NCBI GenBank assembly: GCA_025839675.1
Contig: CP104013.1
Location: 5,400,001-5,432,000 of the forward strand
Reading direction: 5' to 3'
Length of the DNA: 32,000 nucleotides
Source of the DNA: Candidatus Lokiarchaeum ossiferum
GTDB taxonomy: Archaea > Asgardarchaeota > Lokiarchaeia > Sigyniarchaeales > Promethearchaeaceae
Shown: positions 26,844-32,000 of the stretch, piece by piece
Layout of the letters: each line of letters starts with the position of its first letter
How positions within the stretch are numbered: the first letter of the stretch is position 1
Made by a program: the position numbers and the translations under genes
Notes under the pieces: model-generated
Databases searched by the model: none
Told to the model about the DNA's origin: nothing
Seen by the model: only the letters and a program-made list of their open reading frames with translations

Positions 26844-28169
26844 CTACAAATTGATATTTAATGGTAAATCTGCTGTAAATGGTCCTTTGGCATTTCCATC
26901 TCCATCTTTGAAGGAAACTGTCGCTTTGATCGGAATCTCACCCCCATCAAAAGCTTTCACAATGATTTGCCATTTCATATCTTCATTTGGATCCAAAGAA
27001 TAAATATTCTTTTGTAAAGTTCCCCGCATCAATCGCAAATCTTCGGGAAATTCAAATTCTACATTTATTTCCATAGCGGGTCCCTCGCTATTGTTGGAAA
27101 CATTCACTTGAAGAGGAAATGATTGATTAATAACTGGTGTTTTCAAAGGCAATAAATCTATACCTAACACGGCATTAGGGGAAGTTATTAACAATTCTTG
27201 CTTTTCTGATTGTAATTTGAAACGATATTTTCCATCAATTACCAAAGTTAGTGTGATTGGACCGATGAAACCTTCTCCAGGAAAATTAGTTCGAAATTTA
27301 AACGGTAAAACCTTTTTCCCGAAGTCCTTAACTTGTATTTTTTCTGGAAGGGCAATTTTCTCTTTCGTGGATATGTTGTCTCCAATTTCAATTTCCATCT
27401 TTTCAATAACGAGTGATTTAAACACACGCGGTAATATGCTATAATTTTTGAATTCTCCTAAGCGGGTACAATCTAAGATTGATTTTACCTCAATCGAATC
27501 ATCGCGTTCATATTCCGTTTTATCCATCCCTAACTCAAATTTTACCATTAAGGACGCTAGTCCAACAATTAGAGCTTCTTTTATAAGTAAAGTTTCCGCT
27601 GCACCATATTTATGGATCCCAAAGTTATCAACGATTGAATCAATATACTTTTCTCTTTCGTTGATAATTGCTTTTGTGAGATCTCGCACTAAAACCATTA
27701 AAGAATGAGATGAATACATGTCTGGATCAATCTGATCTTTGAAACGCTTTATATAAACGATACCTTCTTCATATTTTCCTTGAACAAAATAACATAGAAA
27801 AGCAAAACAAATATCTGTTGTGGCCATTTCGTCCGGATTCTTTGCATCCGATTTCAAGATGGATTTTGAAGCTATATCAAAATAATCCCGTGCTTTTTCA
27901 AAATCATTCGTGAATATACAACATTTTCCCGCTTCATATTCCAATAATGATGCTCGATGGAAATCTCGGGCTCCTCCTAAGGTGTGATAATTTTTCGCAG
28001 AATAGAAGAAACATTTTTCAGCAATTTTCCATTCCTTTAATTCTAAGAATAATTCGGCCGCTTTTTTAAAGTGTTCTGCAGATTTTTTGTGGTTATCGTT
28101 ATCCATTAATATTTCTGCTTTTTCTAAAGCTACTTCCGCTTTTTTCCGGAGTTTTTCTTCGTTAGCCAT
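26844..28169 (-). CDS. TPR/SNAP-like alpha-solenoid protein with C-terminal beta-sandwich domains
   Basis: The track ORF (to 28403) overlaps the upstream M24 gene. ATG 28169 (MANEEKLRKKAEVALEKAE) gives 441 aa. The N-terminal ~200 aa are helical-hairpin repeats (AEHFKKAAELFLELKEWKIAEKCFFYSAKNY, FEKARDYFDIASK). The C-terminal ~200 aa are beta-rich (PLQVNVSNNSEGPAMEINVEFEFPEDL...WQIIVKAFDGGEIPIKATVSFKDGDG). Confidence 0.6.
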   Translation of the reverse strand: MANEEKLRKKAEVALEKAEILMDNDNHKKSAEHFKKAAELFLELKEWKIAEKCFFYSAKNYHTLGGARDFHRASLLEYEAGKCCIFTNDFEKARDYFDIASKSILKSDAKNPDEMATTDICFAFLCYFVQGKYEEGIVYIKRFKDQIDPDMYSSHSLMVLVRDLTKAIINEREKYIDSIVDNFGIHKYGAAETLLIKEALIVGLASLMVKFELGMDKTEYERDDSIEVKSILDCTRLGEFKNYSILPRVFKSLVIEKMEIEIGDNISTKEKIALPEKIQVKDFGKKVLPFKFRTNFPGEGFIGPITLTLVIDGKYRFKLQSEKQELLITSPNAVLGIDLLPLKTPVINQSFPLQVNVSNNSEGPAMEINVEFEFPEDLRLMRGTLQKNIYSLDPNEDMKWQIIVKAFDGGEIPIKATVSFKDGDGNAKGPFTADLPLNINL

Positions 28170-28225
28170 CTTTGGAAGAAATATAATGAAGGAAAAAAAA
28201 AAAGAGTTTGGTTCATTTGATCTTG

Positions 28226-29440
28226 TTACAATGTAATAAATTTGGTTTGTGGTGGTACTAAAAAGCGACAGCCATCCTTTGTAATTACAACATCTTCTTC
28301 TAAGGATACTGTGCCATAATTCTTCGTCACGACTTCGAGTTCTAATGTGAAAATATTGTTCTCTTCCACCAATCCTTTTGGAATATCTCCATACTTCTCC
28401 CAAAGAGGTCCTAAAAGAACTCCCCCATCGTGCCCTTCGGTTCCTACTTGATGTCCTAAAGCATGACCATATTCGGGATATCCTTGAGATATTACATGAT
28501 TACGTGCGATAGTATCCACTGAATGCCCAGTAACGCCTGGTTTGATGTAATCTGCGGCTTTTTGAATGGCATCACGAACGGTGTTAAATGCATGAATTAA
28601 CTCATCTGGAATTTCATCTTCTGTTCCGAAGAACCACATTCTTTGAATATCTGAGCAATATCCATTCAATCGCACTCCAAAATCGTTATGTAATGTGTGT
28701 CCCTTTTGAGTAAATAGATCTTCCCGAGGACCATCATGCCCAATTTCTTTATCTGGTCCAGCATCAATTGCCGGGCAACAATTTCTCTGCCATGCCTCTT
28801 CAACTCCAAGATTTTCCATTTCTTTAAAGAACATTTCTTGGATCTGAGTTTCACTTACACCGATTTTAAATTGTTTGGCCATTTTTTTATTAATTTCTTC
28901 AGTGAGTTCACAGGCTTTTTGTACCAATTCGATTTCAGTTTTTGTTTTACGCCCTCTCACTGCATGCACTAATGGTTTGGAACTAATAAATTTCTTTTTA
29001 TGCTCGCCCAAAATTCGTTCAATGTTTAAATACATGCCATGTGACAGCCCATCCGAAACTACATCATCAAGTGAGTAGTTTAATGCAATTTTTGTCGGAT
29101 TTAATTTATCAATAAACGTTTTTAAGGTCTCAGAAATTCCTTTGACATATCCAATTACTTCATCCCAAATTCCTTTTCTTTTTTCCGCGCTTGAATCGCC
29201 CTCCCCCAAAATAACCGTTTTCTTGAATTTTCCATCTGAAATCGAAAAAATGAATGCTGCTTTCCAGACGACATCTCCACCCACTAAAAGATTCATGATA
29301 GGATCAGGATTAGAAGGTGTTTCTCTAACAAATATTATCCAACAGTCCATATCATTTTCTTTCATGATATCTGGTAAAAGAAGGTGTTTTTCTTTAATGA
29401 TTTGAAAAAGCAAAGTATTTGAAATTTTTGACTTGTTCAT
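28226..29440 (-). CDS. M24-family metallopeptidase (Xaa-Pro aminopeptidase/dipeptidase-like)
   Basis: The start is trimmed to ATG 29440 (MNKSKISNTLL); the track's longer version overlaps the upstream RR gene. Pita-bread-fold metal ligand contexts: DFGVRLNGYCSDIQR, YGHALGHQVG, FTLELEV, SLEEDVV. Confidence 0.85.
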   Translation of the reverse strand: MNKSKISNTLLFQIIKEKHLLLPDIMKENDMDCWIIFVRETPSNPDPIMNLLVGGDVVWKAAFIFSISDGKFKKTVILGEGDSSAEKRKGIWDEVIGYVKGISETLKTFIDKLNPTKIALNYSLDDVVSDGLSHGMYLNIERILGEHKKKFISSKPLVHAVRGRKTKTEIELVQKACELTEEINKKMAKQFKIGVSETQIQEMFFKEMENLGVEEAWQRNCCPAIDAGPDKEIGHDGPREDLFTQKGHTLHNDFGVRLNGYCSDIQRMWFFGTEDEIPDELIHAFNTVRDAIQKAADYIKPGVTGHSVDTIARNHVISQGYPEYGHALGHQVGTEGHDGGVLLGPLWEKYGDIPKGLVEENNIFTLELEVVTKNYGTVSLEEDVVITKDGCRFLVPPQTKFITL

Positions 29441-29484
29441 GGGAAGAACAAAAGCACCTAATAAAAAAACATTTACTATTTGAT

Positions 29485-30291
29485 CTAAGACAATGGAAAG
29501 AGGGACAACCAGAATCGCCAATTTTCTAAAAATTTCAAGATTTCGGTTTTTGCAAGAGAATAATAGGTAAAACGCCCTTTCTTCCACCCTTTGATTAATC
29601 CTAAATGTTCTAAGATCTGAAGATTGTGGGATGTGGCTGATCGAGATTTTTCAATCAGATTTTGGATCTCAGTTAATTTTAAAGGACGATCTTTCAGAAC
29701 TGTCATAATTAGAAATCGATCTGCATTGGCTAAAGCACTTAAACAACCAATCATAAAGTCTTTAAAATGTTGGTCTTCACTCAAAGGTTGCTTTTCTTCA
29801 CCGCCTTGATTCTGAATTTCATTATTGTTGGTTGGTTGGGAAAAATTAATCAATTCCGTTTGTGTAATGTCATGAATTTGCATTAATTTCTTTCGAATTT
29901 CTTCTTTAATTTTGGAATTATATAATAATGTTTCGATATTCGGTCTTAAATCATTAATTCCTTTGACTGGTTTAATAATATAGCCAAACGGCTCCCCAAG
30001 TTTAGCGGATTCAAGAGTTTTCATATCTTCTAAAGCTGTAACAAATACTATGGGTGTATGATATTTTGTAGAAATTTCTTTAGCAGCATCGATTCCATTA
30101 ATACTACCATCAAGTATAATATCCATTAAAATTAAATCCACTTCATTAACATTTTCGCGCATAAAGCTTAGGGCTTCTTCTCCAGATGAAACAGTAGCGA
30201 CAGGATTGTACTTAGCTTTTTTCAGTAAAGATTCCAAAGCTAATGATGTAAGGCCTTCATCTTCCACAATTAAGATATTTTCATTAACCAT
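29485..30291 (-). CDS. Response regulator: REC domain fused to ArsR-type winged HTH (paralog of 12191-13039)
   Basis: The start is trimmed to ATG 30291 (MVNENILIVEDE); the track's extension to 30378 runs into the structured vhuD 3' UTR. REC motifs: LILMDIIL, IVFVTAL, YIIKP. C-terminal HTH: NADRFLIMTVL...LTEIQNLIEKSRSATSHNLQILEHLGLIKGWKKGRFTYYSL. Confidence 0.85.
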   Translation of the reverse strand: MVNENILIVEDEGLTSLALESLLKKAKYNPVATVSSGEEALSFMRENVNEVDLILMDIILDGSINGIDAAKEISTKYHTPIVFVTALEDMKTLESAKLGEPFGYIIKPVKGINDLRPNIETLLYNSKIKEEIRKKLMQIHDITQTELINFSQPTNNNEIQNQGGEEKQPLSEDQHFKDFMIGCLSALANADRFLIMTVLKDRPLKLTEIQNLIEKSRSATSHNLQILEHLGLIKGWKKGRFTYYSLAKTEILKFLENWRFWLSLFPLS

Positions 30292-30375
30292 TATGTGAAG
30301 ATAGGAGATTTTTCCTTTTAATTGTTTAGAAGGAATAAAAAAGAAAATTATTGATAAATTATTTTGGTTCAATTG

Positions 30376-30453
30376 CATATATGGGATACATCCTCGCAGG
30401 ATTCATCCACCTTGCACTTGGTTTATAGCAAGGGTTCATCTGGGCCATATATG
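30376..30453 (-). promoter_or_regulatory. Structured 3'-UTR element downstream of vhuD: SECIS candidate
   Basis: Seen directly on the minus-strand RNA: a 9-bp clamp CAUAUAUGG/CCAUAUAUG encloses two hairpins, CCUUGC-12 nt-GCAAGG and AUCCU-GCG-AGGAU. Each hairpin is preceded by GAUGAA. The element starts 25 nt after the stop codon and is more G+C-rich than the surrounding intergenic DNA. Confidence 0.5.
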
Positions 30454-30477
30454 TCGAAGGTTTTTGTTGTATTTTCC

Positions 30478-30951
30478 TTAGACTGTTTTTTTTTTGGCTT
30501 TCTTGGCAGCAGCTTTTGCGGCAGCATCAATTTGATGCATTCTTAGTTTAGAAGGCCCTAACCGTCTGACTGTATTATCCATTTCAACTGCAAGTTGTCG
30601 GAAGCGTTCTCCTTCAGCCGCACTGATAAAGATCATTTTCAAACGATCAGGTTCTAATCCTATAGTATGCATGATAGTTTTGAGATATTGGACTAATTTT
30701 TGGGCATATTCATTGCCATTCACAAAATCACATTCTCCAATATGTCATCCACCTATGATGACTCCATCGGCTCCTTTATTAAAGGCTCGCATGACCATAT
30801 CTGCTGATACTCTTGCCGTGCACATTACTCGAACTGGTCGAATACTTGCAGGATATTGGGCTCGAATGGTTCCGGCCATATCGCAGGCGCCGTAACCTCA
30901 TTTCCAACATAAGAAAGCTATAATCCGTGGTTCAAAATTTTCCATTTTCAT
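30478..30951 (-). CDS. vhuD: MvhD/VhuD-type hydrogenase delta subunit, selenoprotein with two in-frame UGA (Sec) codons
   Basis: Hand translation from ATG 30951 (alternative ATG 30945; GGGGGA box at 30955-30960): MKMENFEPRIIAFLCWK-U-GYGACDMAGTIRAQYPASIRPVRVMCTARVSADMVMRAFNKGADGVIIGG-U-HIGECDFVNGNEYAQKL...ISAAEGERF.... The TGAs are at 30898-30900 and 30745-30747. Both replace conserved Cys residues of the MvhD family. The track reports only the last 81 codons. Confidence 0.85.
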
Positions 30952-30963
30952 TTATCCCCCTAA

Positions 30964-32000
30964 TTATGCCTTAGATTTCTCCATAAGGGCATCTTCCAAT
31001 ATTGCGTCAATTAAATCGCCGTATTGTTCATCACGATAGTATCGAATTGATATTGCCGAACTTGGGCACACTGATGCACAAAGACCGCATCCTCGGCAGA
31101 GGATTTCATCGACAAGCGCTCCATCTTCTTGAGTTATTCGAATTGCATTATAAGGACAAGCTTCCGCACACATTCCACATCGTGAGCATTTGGCTTCATC
31201 TGGTACGGCCCGAATAAGTTTAATTCGATATTCTCCATTGGATAATAACTTACCAATAGAAGAGGCTGCACCCTTTGCTTGCATAATGGATTCTGAAATG
31301 GCTTTAGGGCCATGACATGCACCTGATAATGCAATTCCGGGAACATCGGTGTCGACAGTGTTCAATCGCTGGTGGAATTCTTTTAAGAATCCGCTCGGAT
31401 GTTTTGACAGATTTAGGGCTTTATTCAATTTTCCAAAGGTATCCGAAGGCATCATCGCTGCAGATAACACAATTAAATCAAATTCATATTCTTTAATCGT
31501 TTTATCTGGGCTTAAGGTGTCCTCAAGCACCACTATGAGATTTTGGGTCTTTGGATCTTCGCGAACACGAGCTACCTTTGAGCGTATATATTTTACTCCG
31601 TCGCGTCTGGATTGGGTATAATATTCTTCATATCCCTTTCCTGCTGCGCGAATGTCAATATAAGATACAACTACTTCAAGATCTGGATCATGTGTTTTTA
31701 CAAGCTTAGCATTTTTAATGCTAACCATACAACATACTCCACTTGAGCAGTATACATTTCTATTGACATCCCGTGAGCCAACGCATTGGACAAATAAGAC
31801 GCTTTCTGGTGGTTTTCCATCCGATGGTCTATGTAAATGGCCGACTACTGGTCCATTGGGGGCGAGCATTCGTTCAAATTCGAGTTGTGTTACTACGTTC
31901 TCGTATTTGCCATAACCTAAATATCCATCAATTGGTTTGTATTCATCCCAACCTGTTGCTACAATTATTCCTCCTACTTTCACAGAGAAGAGTGTATCTT
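30964..32000 (-). CDS. hdrA: Heterodisulfide reductase subunit A (HdrA), C-terminal ~345 codons; 5' part lies beyond the window
   Basis: The frame is open from the stop at 30964-30966 to the window end; the track's GTG at 31983 is internal, because the codons upstream of it (DTLFS) remain open. Motifs: IIVATGW, FVQCVGSRD...YCSSGVCCM, and two C-terminal ferredoxin motifs CSRCGMCAEACP and CRGCGLCASVCP. vhuD starts 12 nt downstream. Confidence 0.9.
   Translation of the reverse strand, partial: DTLFSVKVGGIIVATGWDEYKPIDGYLGYGKYENVVTQLEFERMLAPNGPVVGHLHRPSDGKPPESVLFVQCVGSRDVNRNVYCSSGVCCMVSIKNAKLVKTHDPDLEVVVSYIDIRAAGKGYEEYYTQSRRDGVKYIRSKVARVREDPKTQNLIVVLEDTLSPDKTIKEYEFDLIVLSAAMMPSDTFGKLNKALNLSKHPSGFLKEFHQRLNTVDTDVPGIALSGACHGPKAISESIMQAKGAASSIGKLLSNGEYRIKLIRAVPDEAKCSRCGMCAEACPYNAIRITQEDGALVDEILCRGCGLCASVCPSSAISIRYYRDEQYGDLIDAILEDALMEKSKA

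Noticed and set aside
28170-30378. Long N-terminal extensions of three track ORFs (26844-28403, 28226-29587, 29485-30378).
   Set aside because: Each extension overlaps the 3' end of the upstream gene or, for 30292-30378, the structured vhuD 3' UTR, and encodes low-complexity junk. Internal ATGs at 28169, 29440 and 30291 give N-termini typical of the respective families.
30671-30895. A 74-aa plus-strand ORF in the gap between the 81-aa ORF and hdrA.
   Set aside because: It is antisense to a frame that encodes a well-conserved MvhD N-terminus once the two TGAs are read through. Its own sequence (MIVLRYWTNFWAYSLPFTKSHSPICHPPMM...) has no recognisable features.
30478-30951. Reading the mvhD homolog as a pseudogene with two nonsense mutations.
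   Set aside because: Both stops are TGA, both fall exactly on conserved Cys positions, and the rest of the frame is intact with no frameshifts. A structured element follows the stop. Sec decoding is the more parsimonious reading, though it is still unproven without the Sec machinery in view.
2365-31915. The remaining short overlapping ORFs in the track, for example 2365-2664, 3194-3409, 3917-4105, 5104-5307, 5268-5612, 7726-8181, 8255-8449, 9412-9615, 9844-10089, 10485-10784, 11748-11948, 13144-13857, 15177-15489, 16747-17112, 19430-19925, 21530-21727, 27217-27708, 28666-29405, 29624-29809, 30364-30546 and 31002-31915.
   Set aside because: All are nested in, or antisense to, longer ORFs with clear family motifs. 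AT-rich genomes generate many such stop-free antisense frames. None shows a recognisable motif.
1-32000. A search for CRISPR arrays, IS elements, integrases, prophage or defence-island signatures, and rRNA/tRNA genes.
   Set aside because: I saw no regularly spaced direct repeats, no transposase-, integrase- or nuclease-like ORFs, and no long terminal inverted repeats. The MoxR-VWA pair looks like a chaperone pair rather than a defence module.

Overview
This is an AT-rich, densely coding archaeal chromosomal segment. Ordinary genes sample at about 28-37% G+C on hand-counted 60-nt lines. I support 33 protein-coding genes, one dinucleotide repeat and two candidate RNA/regulatory elements. Two of the genes are missed or mis-split by the ORF track. 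I see no rRNA, tRNA, CRISPR array, transposase or integrase. Housekeeping and metabolic genes: ATP-dependent DNA ligase, two tandem AMP phosphorylase (archaeal DeoA-type) paralogs, a PfkB kinase, M24 and S9 peptidases, an iron-sulfur flavoprotein, a MoxR AAA+/VWA pair, a dehydratase-type activase, a nucleotidyltransferase, MvhD, and HdrA (partial, runs off the right edge). Signalling genes: an ArsR - PAS/GAF HisKA_2 kinase - REC::ArsR operon, plus a second REC::ArsR paralog. Eukaryote-signature-like genes: an MglA-type small GTPase, three longin/roadblock-like paralogs, a gelsolin-like domain protein, and a TPR (SNAP-like) plus beta-sandwich protein. Archaeal core genes, very low G+C and these proteins together suggest an Asgard (Loki-type) archaeon; that attribution is inference. 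Top finding: the mvhD homolog just downstream of hdrA is a VhuD-type selenoprotein gene with two in-frame TGA codons at conserved Cys positions. It is followed by a structured 3'-UTR element that is a SECIS candidate. The ORF track truncates this gene and lists an antisense ORF in its place.
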